Part shown: one piece after another, positions 22,103 to 33,142 of the stretch | Position numbering within the stretch: the stretch's first letter is position 1 | Layout: every line of letters begins with the position of its first letter | Source of the DNA: Utricularia gibba | Lineage: Eukaryota; Plantae; Magnoliophyta | DNA: 33,730 bases | Assembly (NCBI GenBank): GCA_002189035.1 | Contig: NEEC01000190.1 | Coordinates: forward strand, 1 to 33,730 | Direction: 5' to 3' | Position numbers and translations under genes: made by a program | The notes under the pieces: generated by a model | Database searches by the model: none | What the model saw: only the letters and a program-made list of their open reading frames with translations | Told to the model about the DNA's origin: nothing

Positions 22103-23531
22103 TCAGCGATACGTCGGCCCCAAAAGTGAAAGAAGGAATGCCCTGTAATGGCTGGATGTTTCTGCGTGAACTGCATCATTTAGTGGCGTGTGATACTTCT
22201 TTTGGTACTCTGCTTTTATGTACTGCATGTCGATCTCTGTTCTGGTCACTATGACTCTTGTGAGAGTGGATTCATCAGTTCCAATGCCCTTCATTGAGTG
22301 ATGCAGCAACTGTGGAATTTGCAGGAGAAATTCAGCATCATGAGGAATATATGTAAGATGTATAACACTGAAACACCCTTCAAGCAAGTGCAGAGAGGTG
22401 CAGTTCGGTCAATACCTTTGCGAAGTACTTGGCAGGATTCAGAGCACATTGCAAAATTGTCAATAGGGCGAACTCGAAGAGGCCTGATGTTTCCCTTTTA
22501 ACTGCCTGAAGGAGACGACGTGTTTAATGTGTGGTATATGAATCAATTCGTGGGAGATCGTAACGAGCCTACCTTTTTCAGAGAGCGGCCGTACATTGAG
22601 TGATAAGCAGAAGCCACGGCAGCCAAACGTCCAGGACTAGACTCGGAAAATATGTGTATGAATGTTTTCTCATCGGTTCCCAGCCTCCTTTCTCCAGCTT
22701 TGTAGAGTGACTTCGCATCGTGCTCTGCTCCTGCCCTGTCCACAATTGGACCTTCAAAGCGTACTTTACTGACGTAAGCCAGAAGCAACTGCAGCATTGG
22801 TGATGCTAGGACAATCAGTGAGTGATTATATTACGCAGCACAAGGATAACCATCAAATATGCTTTCATGTTCTGGTATCATAGCAAGACGAGAATAATGA
22901 CCTTTTTCAAATCACCGGTTATTTGACACTCAATGTCTTGTTCAAGATGAAGATGAAATCTAGTAACGTATATCTGCTTCAAGTGTTGAAGCTGCGCAGA
23001 GCTGCGGGAGCATATGACTTCAGTAGCAGTTTTTAGATTAATTATTTCACCAGATAAACTCTTCCTCAAAATGATTGCATCACGCGAGGCCGGATCAGAC
23101 AACCACATCAAAATCGCTCTCTGAATACGAAAAAAAAACTCAACCAACGATTCAAGATAAAAAAAAAAAAAACACATTCAAAGCCGCTGATTCCATTTCC
23201 ATCACCGTACCTCGAGATCGCCGTGGAGTTCTTTCGCAAGGCGATTCGAAAGCTCCTCAGAGTAAATCATTCTGTACTCGTTTTCGATCAGCTGCCGCTG
23301 CGCCGCATCCCGATGAGCAAGAATGTTGATAACGGCCTCCTTATCGCAACCGAAACCTAGAACAACACAATTGATTTTCAGCATCCAAATTTCCAACACA
23401 AACAACAAAATAAAATCTCCTGATAGCAGAATTAAAGAAGAAGAGTTCTGCGTCACCCTTGAAAGCGCGGTATAGCTGCGTAGCGTCGTCTCTAGGAGAA
23501 GTCAAGACCGGGGAACGCTCAAAGTCGCCAT
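22103..23531 (-). CDS. ANN5: Annexin D5-like, full-length, one apparent homopolymer frameshift in exon 1
   Basis: [25 protein letters not shown]|[35 protein letters not shown]|[29 protein letters not shown]|[27 protein letters not shown]..|[46 protein letters not shown]. Confidence 0.93.
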
Positions 23532-23634
23532 AGTTGATCGATAGATATCTCACCTGTTCTAATTTCACAACTCCTCTAGTCAAATCAATTTATAGTACTC
23601 AAAGGAAACCGAAGCTGGGCCCCATCGTTCTTCT

Positions 23635-23990
23635 GGTCGGACGCGTTCGTTAGGATGTGACGTGTAACGCGTACGATAAAAATATAATATCATGGTTTTG
23701 AATTTTCTTCTTTTTTTTTGGCGTACGACATACAAAGGTGCCAAACCATTTGCGAAATATATATTTTATTAAAAATAAATATGTTTATAAAATTTTCAAA
23801 AAAAAACCCCCGTTCAATTTATATTCAGTTTTGCTATCCAATTCTATTCCAAGAAAATTGGAAAAGTTAAAAATACTTTACATTTTTTAAAGCCTAAAAA
23901 AATGTGACCGAAGGAGTTGTTTTAAAAAATAAATTAGGTCGCGAAGCGTTCGTAAGAATGTGACGTGTGACGAGTACGAGAAAAATATAA
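23635..23990. repeat. Pair of about 53-bp imperfect direct repeats (23635-23687, 23937-23990) between the RING gene and the annexin promoter
   Basis: GGTCGGACGCGTTCGTTAGGATGTGACGTGTAACGCGTACGATAAAAATATAA vs GGTCGCGAAGCGTTCGTAAGAATGTGACGTGTGACGAGTACGAGAAAAATATAA. Confidence 0.85.
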
Positions 23991-24124
23991 CGGATTGAAA
24001 AATAAAAAGGAAGCAATTCAATGCGAGTGACATTCTCTAAGATTCATTGGATTCTGATCCAATACAAAGGTGCTGACAGGGCATTCAGATGAACAGAAGG
24101 ATTCAATTCAAGCAAATCAGGTGA

Positions 24125-24974
24125 TCAACGACGACGGTTCAGAGAAACCTTGACTCTTGCGCGACAGAGGGGGCATTTGTCCTTAGCTTCCAGCCATTTT
24201 TTGATGCATGCGGAATGAAACTCATGTTGGCAGTCCAGGATTCCGATCATGCCGCCGTCGTCGTCGCAGAGGCCCTCCTGACAAACGACGCAGATGTTGG
24301 ACTGCCCCTCTTCATCAATGGCTTCAATTTCCCAATTGTTCTTCAGTGTCATGCTCTCCATTAGTATCCTCTGATACCTCCTCAGTAACCTTTCTTGATG
24401 TTCGTCATGCGCAGGTTCATCCTCCTCGATCTCCTCCGCGAAGGCCGCGTCCTCCGTCTCGCTGCTCCTCTGGTTCGAACCAACTCATTGCCCTCAACGA
24501 TGGGTTTGTCCAGAACCTCCAGTTCTTCATCGGAGGAAATACTCTCACTACGAGGAAACATCACATAGCACCAAAAGCCTCTGAAACGTGGCACGAAGGG
24601 TGGAGCGTCGGATTCAACCCGTAAGTAGCTTCGGAAATCTGTGGACGACGGACTGTGTGAAACTTGATGTCACGTATGGAGGAGCATGGATATTCATCGG
24701 GAAAGAGCAGGCACGACAGGGGCCAGGGATCCAACCCGTAAGGAGCTTCGAAAATCTGGAAGTATGAACTCCCTCAAACTTAGTGGCACGTATGGAGGAG
24801 CATGGATATTCATCGGAAAGTCGCAGCACGGAAGGAGGGCCAGGGGATCCAACCCTGAGGAGCTTCGAAAATCTGTGGAAGTATGAACTCCCTCAAACTT
24901 AGTGGCACGTATGGAGGAGCATGGATATTCATCGGGAAAGGCGCAGACACGAAAGGAGCGGCCAGGCGATCCAT
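24125..24974 (-). CDS. PAM2-repeat RING-H2 E3 ligase, copy B; frame broken only by short deletions (probably consensus errors, possibly a pseudogene)
   Basis: 850 nt vs 864 nt in copy A. The 14 missing bases fall in 11 events, all shortening homopolymers or short repeats. No substitutions were found by eye. The C-terminal 78 aa are identical in the ORF track. Confidence 0.8.
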
Positions 24975-26730
24975 TGGAAAAACAAGTCGGCAAGAGGGGG
25001 GCTGTTAGTCTGTGTGAAGAATTACTTTAACGAAAACAACCTCTTTTTATAGGGATTCAGATGCCCTGAAATATGGAAACATTCTGATTTGTAATCAGAT
25101 ATAGATATTACTCTAAACTAGGAAATGTTGCCATGTAACATGATATGATTAAAATATTATATATAAATCAGTGTTAAGTAGGCTGTAGTTCTATATAAAG
25201 ATTAATTATTCATGATTTTATCAAGTATAAATAATAATAAAAAACCATAATTACATATTCCAACATTCATGAAAATCTTCTGATTAACAAATACAATCAT
25301 AAAAAATAAACAAAGGAACTTCAAAGAATATCACAACGCACAGGTGATCAACAATAAATATATCAACAAAATAGATAAATAAAATATTTATTTATATTTA
25401 AAATAAATAATTTAAAATTTGAATTTTTCAACAAAAAAGTGAGTTTTAAAATACTAAACTCAAAGTATTTATATTTATTTTGTATAATACTTATGTATTG
25501 TTAAACTAGTTTATCAAATATATATTATTATTGATATATAGATATTTAAATAATAAAATTATCAACCATACACCACTTTAAGGTTATCTTAGTTATATTT
25601 TATACTTGCTATATTTATTTTATGTTTTAATGTTATAATCATATTTAATATCATCAATTGAAAGATAAAACTTATTATTATAAAAATCAGAATATTTATC
25701 GTTTTTCATGGTTAATATAAAAAGATGTTCCAAATCTTTGGGTTTAGACTTTTTGTGTAGAAGATAAAAATATATAATTTTTAATTATGTTTAAAAATGT
25801 TTTTTATTAATTAATAGACTTTAAATTTATTAAATATGTTTATTTGTAGATTTTTTTCATTTATTTAAATGCTTGCGATATAAATGACGCTTTACCAATA
25901 AAAAATTGCAGTAAGTCAAAATTGAATCCCCTGCAGTTCGCATACTTCTACTTCCGAGTCTCTCGGTGATGGGTAAATCCATCATTTTTCGTACACTACA
26001 TCCCACAGTCACCGCCGGCGGCCATCTAATCACCGGCACAGTCAGTCTCGTCGGCTCCGGTGACACGGTTGCCCCTTCCATTCCGTCTGGTATAACGTTC
26101 CCACCTCCCTGATCACAATCGCTGTGCTTCGAAGTCTAAACTGCCCTAATTACGGTAGTTTTACTTATATTCTCTGACAGATCGGTTGCTTTTTCTTTAA
26201 TATGGATTGGTTAGTTAGATCGATTGTTACCTGCGTGGTGTGGGAAGATGAAATGCTATTGCTTTTTACGGTACTTCGGAGAGCGGGATTTGCGTATGGG
26301 ACTGCAATGTATTTCTGAAGCTTTTGGAGGTACATGTCTTCTTCAACTTGTTGCTATTACCGGATGCCCTATCCGCTGCCGTGGTTCCTCACCATGCTTT
26401 TTAGTGAAATTTTAGAGCATTCAGTTCTTCTCTGATTCGCTTGTAATTTTCAATTTCAGGAATGTTGCAAAACAACCAGCAGAGGGTAGATTAGGTAAAG
26501 AATTCAAACAAAGAAGAGTAATAACATTCCTGGTATCTAATAGCTTCCTTTTCCATATTATTATATTAGCTAAAGAATGTGCTTATGGATTGCATATCAT
26601 CTTTAAATGAATCGCCAACGGACATTTTATGATCGTTGCTTCCTACACATAAAAAGAATGGCAGATGGTGTGTACCTGGTCCCGAAACCAGTCTCATGAA
26701 TGCCGTGGAAAGATGGAAACGCACTGTCAA

Positions 26731-28882
26731 TCAGATGTACTTCACCAACCACTCCATGCTCTGTGTAACAATCTTAAGTTAAGCCATTTGGATTGTGAGC
26801 ATACCAGCAAAGAATGACGTATAAACTGGATCATTGATTACCTTTATGCAGTTAGGTAGATCATCATCTTTCTGTCTTGCATGAATCTGTATTGCCAGTT
26901 TGAAAGTTTAGAAAACATTTACGGTTTCATCTCCGAAGTTGTGCTTTCTCTTAAATTGATGTGCGAAATCACAATATTGTATGGTGCGTACCGCTGTTAC
27001 CCTGTTGCATGATGCATCTTGTTTCATGGCAATTGAGGCAAGGATAACAAGACCGGCAGCAACAGTAGAAGGCCAATAGCAGAGAAGCTGCTGACCCAGA
27101 AGTGTAAGAACCGCCAAGTAATGGGCGGTCTTTTCAACCGATTCATTCGCTCTAGCAGCTTTTAAATAGAACCTGTTACACAAATGAACAATCCCAATTG
27201 CACGTAGCCACTTATAATTTACTGTAGCGATATGAATTCTAAAGTTGTACGTTACCATAAGAAGGTGTATGAGGTTGGTAAGAAGCACTCGAAATTGAGA
27301 ACCTCTTGCACCAGCCACTCCATAGCCACCACCTCACATCGGCTGTATCTTGTGTTTCCCACATGGAATGTATGTTTCCTTACGCTGCCATTTATCACAC
27401 AAACTAACCATTCAACAGTGACATGATCCACCAAATTTGGCCAACGTAAATGCCTAGTACCAGTTGTAGGGCTGATTTTCTTCTAATCTGATTGCTAGAG
27501 TGAGGCATGCAATGGCAGCGATTTGAAGATTTCTCACACTTTTGAAGTATCCTTTGCTAAGGAATCTATCAAGTAGATTGACCCCTAAAAATATGGTCTC
27601 CTTTTGAAGCTCCTGGAGGGTAGCTTGCTGAAAGAACAAATTAAAAAAAAAAAAAAAAACTTCAGTTGGATCAGGAAACAATATGAAAAAACCTACAATC
27701 AGAAGTAGAGTTAGCTTCAGTGACCTCAACAATCCAATGAACCATGTGCAGCCGCTGTTCGACGATGAATTTACCGCATTCAAGTGCGCTGTACTTCTCT
27801 ACGTAGTTGTGAACATATCTTTTCCTCCTCTCCCGTTTCCTAATCATTCTGTATTGTTCTTCCTCCTCTACATCTTCTAGGCCCAGATCCTAGATTCCCG
27901 AATTGCAAATAATTTTCTTATGAAGAAGATCAATATCTGCTAACGAGATCAAAAACAGAGTCCTTACATCCATATGCAGAGAATCATGCTGTTCACTTTC
28001 TTGTGAAGCGAAATTAGATCTATTGAACTGCGTTTTAAACAGCATGAGCATTTCATAAGTCGGTGAAGAACTCTCTGAAGACTTTTCAGAAAACTGACTT
28101 CCAGAAGCATAACTCCAAAATGACGGCGTATAATCTGAACTATCGAAACATGATTCCGATGAAAGATTTGGTATCTTCGACGATAAGGTGCTGTTCTCAT
28201 TCTCAGCCTCATCGGCACTGTAAATTCCTTCATTGGGCAAGTTCTCAGAGCAAGCCAAATCAAGGTTGAATCCAACAATACCTTGAATTCTTGTATCTTC
28301 GCCCGTCACAGTTTCACCGATTCTGGATACCGCGTCGTTACCAAGTGAATTCTCATTTTCAGAATCCGAATCATTAAATTCCCGATATGAATCGTTCTGA
28401 ACTTCAACGATGATCCGATTTTCCGTTTCCGTTCCCGACGTGACGTCTCCGACGGAGCATGGGACACTTCAGATTTCGAAAGCTGCTCTATTGCGCATCA
28501 GATTCGCTCACATCCTCATTCTTAAGCTTCAATGAAAATTCTAGGATTGATCTAGAATGCGATTCCAGGCACGAATTCTACTAGCGACGATTGATCGCGC
28601 ACCCGGTTCTCGTAGCACTTTATCCTGGAGTAAGATCGCGTAATGAGTCGAGGACACCGATCATCTCTTCGGCGATACACTCGATACGCAGGATACTTCG
28701 CTTACTTCCGTAGCATGCGAATTGATGCCAGCATTTCGAACGATGGGCGCAATGCGAAACTGCCTCCGGCGACGGACGGATCGGAGGCGTTTCGTGGTGA
28801 AACTCAGAAATTGATTTGATTTGACTCTTCTTTGTTTCACAGTAGTCGTAGTCGCAGTCTCTGTGAGGAGCTTGCGTTTCAT
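26731..28882 (-). CDS. SDS: Cyclin SDS (SOLO DANCERS), meiotic cyclin; apparent frameshifts in exon 1
   Basis: N-terminus [30 protein letters not shown]; LITRSYSR; [37 protein letters not shown]; cyclin box [49 protein letters not shown]; C-terminus [15 protein letters not shown]|SMEWLVKYI*. An alternative upstream in-frame ATG lies at 28942. Confidence 0.92.
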
Positions 28883-29083
28883 CGGTAAACGAGAGACTGG
28901 TATAAGATTTTCAGGTGCAGGAGACTTTCGCGAGGTGCGCATGTTTGAAACTGGAAGTACTTTGTATGGAACGGTTCAGAAACTGCGTGAAAGTTATTTA
29001 TACCAACCTGCTCGTGGGCCCCACATACACTCTCTACAGTTATTATTGATGGTTCCATATATATTTTTACATTGAAATATATG

Positions 29084-30294
29084 TTATATTATATAAAATC
29101 CGAAAAAAGAACACATCAGAAAATCAGACGTGTTCCTCGTCAGCAGACGTGGCAGGAATAGAAGCAGCGCCACTTTCTCACCTTCATTTGATTGCTCTGG
29201 AGCAGGCGCAACATTCTCTTTTTGCTGAGCTTCTTTCTTCTGCTCCTCAGCAAGCTTCTCCAAGGTCATGGCACCCACATCCTCCGCCGCCTTCGATACG
29301 GCTCAAACGCATTCGTAACCACGAAGCCCCACTCGAGACATACGGATTGATGAGGATCGCCGACCCGGCGTCAGTCGCCTTCTGCTCGGCGGCAGCCAGA
29401 GCCGATTTGGTAATCCCGGAAACTTGGTACTTCTCATCCATCTCCTTCACCTTCTCATTCACCATCGTGGTCCCGATGCTCAGCTTCTCGCTCAGACCGA
29501 TCCTGCGATCGATCGACGCCACCGTCGATGTCGCGTTCGATATCAACTGGTGCCTCTGGTCGAACGACTTCGCCCTGTTCAGTGCATCCTTCCCTAATGC
29601 GTACCCCTTGCCAGCATTGTACTCACCGTTTCCTCAGCCTTCTTTACTACTGAACCAGAGTCCCCTGTTTTCGGACTTTGCTCCTCCTGTACTGGAATAG
29701 TTTACTAGACCATTCATCCAAATCTATCAGGACGAGACACACACAATACAACTCACCGAGAAGATGGGCACTGCGTTTGGAGGAAGCTGATACTCCTTGT
29801 CAGGAGTAATGGACACCCTGAGACCAGATATAACTGCCCCCTGGAGGATTAAAGGTTATCCTATTTGCGCCTGCTGAGTGATTAAGCAAGGATGCCTACC
29901 GTCAAAAGGGCTGCGGTTTCTGCTTCCTGAACTTCCCTGAAGGTAACATAAGCAAGCTGCGTAGCATCGCTTTCCCTGCAAAACTTGAAAGCTTTTGGTG
30001 CGTGCTGATTTTCACTCTGATCGTATATTTCCAGCGATTTACCTCTGCATCTCTATGTATTGAATTGTCCCTGAGAAGGTGAAGAACTCGAAGACATCTC
30101 TCTCTGATACTTGTTCGGATATGTTACTCACCCTTATCGTCTTAGTCTGCGAATGCGATCCATAATCGAAATGGCTTATCCGTCCATCAAGAAGGCTTTT
30201 GATCGTGGCTTTCAACTGACCTGGGGATGCTGATTTTCCAATCCGCAGGAGGTGCCGGTGGATTCCCTTCTCCTTTTTTCTCCTCCTGATCCAT
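29084..30294 (-). CDS. RRM protein, BPA1 (binding partner of ACD11)-like; 3' end uncertain
   Basis: MDQEEKKGEGNPPAPPADWKISIP|TKTIRVSNISEQVSERDVFEFFTFSGTIQYIEMQR; AAYVTFREVQE..A..LSGA; GYALGKDALNRAKSFDQRHQLISNATSTVASIDRRIGLSEKLSIGTTMVNEKVKEMDEKYQVSGITKSALAAAEQK..YVSSGASW. Frameshift near 29315. A possible donor AAG/GTGAG near 29180 may add a short last exon. Confidence 0.85.
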
Positions 30295-31119
30295 TTCTGC
30301 AGCAAAATCTTGTTGCTCTCGGCGTGCCAGCGAAAACTGTTTCCGATGGAATGAAAAAGCTGGTTTCTGGCTCTGCAATGGAAATAGAAGCGGGGGATTT
30401 ACCGAAGTTCTCGATGTATAATGCTGTTCCGATGGCTCGGACTTCACGGTGGGGAGTGGATGGTCGCGTTTAGCGGCATTTCCAGTTCTGATTTTAGAGC
30501 AACCTGACGATACATAATTACAAAGAATTCTTGGAAAATTATATTTTTTTAGTTCTAAAATGAATATTCGATTTGGTATTCGGGTTATCTAATTTACTGT
30601 GCAATTACTTATTCATTTAATTTTGAATGTGGTTTCCTCGGGTTCCTGACTTCCAACTGTTTGTACAAATGCCTGAAAGCGGTTTCTTCAGATCTCATCC
30701 ACCACTCTGTCTTCCATCTAACTTGGTTTTGATTTGGGTTCTGCTGTTGTTGCCGGAAAGCTGTGTTCTGAAACAGGTAACCAGCTTCCGACCAAGTTCT
30801 TTCATGTGGGTCGGGTTGTTTTTACTTAACCAATTTAATATCTCGCCATTTTGGTTGGATCCTGAGCATGAAGATCTTGTACTGTATATATTCTTCTGAA
30901 TTTGGAGCGTCAGTTGAATGAGAAAAAACAATCTGGGTTTTGATGAGCATGATTACATCCAAAACTGGAAATTGAACCGAAATCATACAACTGGTTTGGA
31001 ATACAGTTGTAAAACCCAGAAAACTTCAGGACATGCTGCTACAGAGCACTGAACTAACTTTTTTGCAAGAAATTTTACCTTATGCTCATCTGATGCACAA
31101 ACCTGAGAAGGAGAGAGAT

Positions 31120-33142
31120 TCATAGCAGCATTCAGCAATTTGGACAGCATTAAGAGCAGCACCCTTGCGTATTTGGTCACCACAAACAAAGATGTCCAGC
31201 CTGATCCAAGAGAAATGCAAATTAGATCACAACAAAAAGTGGTATATAATTATTTTCCACAACCGAAAATGCAGGATGCATGTCATGCCATGCATTTAGT
31301 CGAATGAAGGGGAAATCCTGGAACGCGGGTGCCTACCCATAGTTTCCATCCTGTGACACATCTTGCCGTATTCTTCCTACTGCAACCTCATCTTTGTTTG
31401 AGACTTGTAACGGTGTAGGGAAGAGGTTAGCTGCTCGGTCATCGATAATGACCACACCAGGGGCTTCACTTAGGATCTCTCGTGCTGCTTCCTGGCGAAG
31501 AACAACAGTAACCATTTAGCTCATGCATCAAAATAGGTGGTGGGGGTGTTGGGAGGCTTCAGTAAAGGTTTCAACCACTAAAAACAAGTGCTTCCATCTG
31601 TGCTACTACATAAAAATTTACACTTACCGCATCTAAAGGATTCTCGAATTGAAGATTTACACTCTCTGCATGCGCACGCATAACAGGTACTCTGATGCAG
31701 GTGGCAGTTACTTTAACATCTTTATCATTCTGCAGCGTAGATTCCAAAATTGTTTGATACAATAACCATTGTGTGCCTGTAGTCGATTCTTACAGAAATC
31801 CAAACCAAAAAGCTTACCCAAATCTTTCTTGTTTCCTTGACTAATTTCATCTCTTCTTCATTGTAACCATTTGAAAGCACAGGCGCATTATGTGAGAACA
31901 AGTTAAATGCATACTGCAGAACAACGTATTTTATTGGAAATGGTTTATAGAAGTTTCCAAAACTCAAATGTGAAAGAAAAACCTGTTGTTTAAAGATTTT
32001 ACAGGTAGGCTCCTTCCTTCTAGAACCTGTAAGAGGCTGCGTCATTTCACAGATCTAATAAAGGGGAGAACAGAACAAGAGGAACTCATTTACCTCACGT
32101 GTCTGTTGTTCGAGCTCTTCCATAGCAGCAGCTCCTGCACCACTAGCTGCTTGGTAGGTACTTACAACCATGCGCTTTACCTGCGAGAAAAACCGAACTA
32201 CAGCTCAGAATACAACTAATAGTGATCGAAATCAAATCCAAAATGTCTGCCACCACGGCTTCAAAACAAGTATAAATTGGACCTCAGATCTAACTCAAAA
32301 ACAAAAAGGATGACTAAACCGTCAGAATATTCTTGAAACCCATAAAAATTATGTAACAAGAATAGTGTCCCAAGCACTTGAAAAAACAGATATACGAAAA
32401 ACGTATGTCACTCATTTAAGATGAAAGAACAATTGCAAGGTAAGAATCAATCTTTGACAAAGGTATATTCTTCAAAGTCGTCTACCTTTCTGTAAGCGAT
32501 ATGTTTCATCGTCGCGACGATTATTTCTCCATCACAAACAAGAAATGAAACAAACAAGCAGCTTATAAAAATCCTTACTTTAGCACGCCGATGCAATGGG
32601 GTGGCAGCCATTAGACAAATGATGGTAGAGCAATTTGGATTTGCAATGAGCGCTCCCTTGCGTCCCGAGACCTTGATACCTTCCATGGCTTCAGGATTCA
32701 CCTCTGGTATCACCAGGGGAACCCCCTCATCCATCCTGAATGCAGAGCTATTATCCACAACAATGGTGCCCTTGGCAACCGCTACAGGGCCGAACTTTTT
32801 GCTTATACTTCCACCAGCGCTAAAAAGAGCAATGTCAACATCGTCAAAGCTGTCTTCAGTCAGTTCTTCCACAGTGTAGTTTCTGCCTTCGTAAGTCATG
32901 GGTTTACCAGCTGATCTACTCGATGCCAGAAGCTTGAGGGATCTGTAAGGAAAGTTGCGGTCGGAGATTACGGAGAGGAACTCTTGGCCGACAGCACCGG
33001 TGACTCCAACTATGGCGACGGAGGGGCCATCCTCTCGGAGTGACATACGAACGGAGAACGGATTGCGCAGGGGTCGAGCAGAGCATCCAATGGATCGCCT
33101 GGAAACCGCGTTGAGAAATGGCTGATGATTGAATGCCAGCAT
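31120..33142 (-). CDS. ASD: Aspartate-semialdehyde dehydrogenase, plastid-targeted, 7 exons
   Basis: [119 protein letters not shown]. 1-nt homopolymer losses near 32015 and 31130. Confidence 0.96.

Larger units (their letters stand above)
22975..27376 (-). repeat. Copy B: donor segment of the permuted duplication (SDS 3' part, X segment, promoter, RING, annexin 5' part)
   Basis: Contains every block of 15421-18774 in its native gene context, plus sequence missing from copy A (about 767 bp at 26269-27035, about 300 bp at 23637-23937). Confidence 0.9.

Noticed and set aside
15421-27376. Inverted copy as a fold-back or chimeric read artefact
   Set aside because: The copies are permuted, separated by about 4 kb of unique sequence (VIT1, LTR remnant, annexin 3' half), and differ by real substitutions and large deletions in the flanks. 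A fold-back would be collinear and near-identical throughout.
29149-29700. 183-aa plus-strand ORF, and similar antisense ORFs over NHL, ASD and AGAL
   Set aside because: These are antisense shadows of GC-rich coding exons on the opposite strand.
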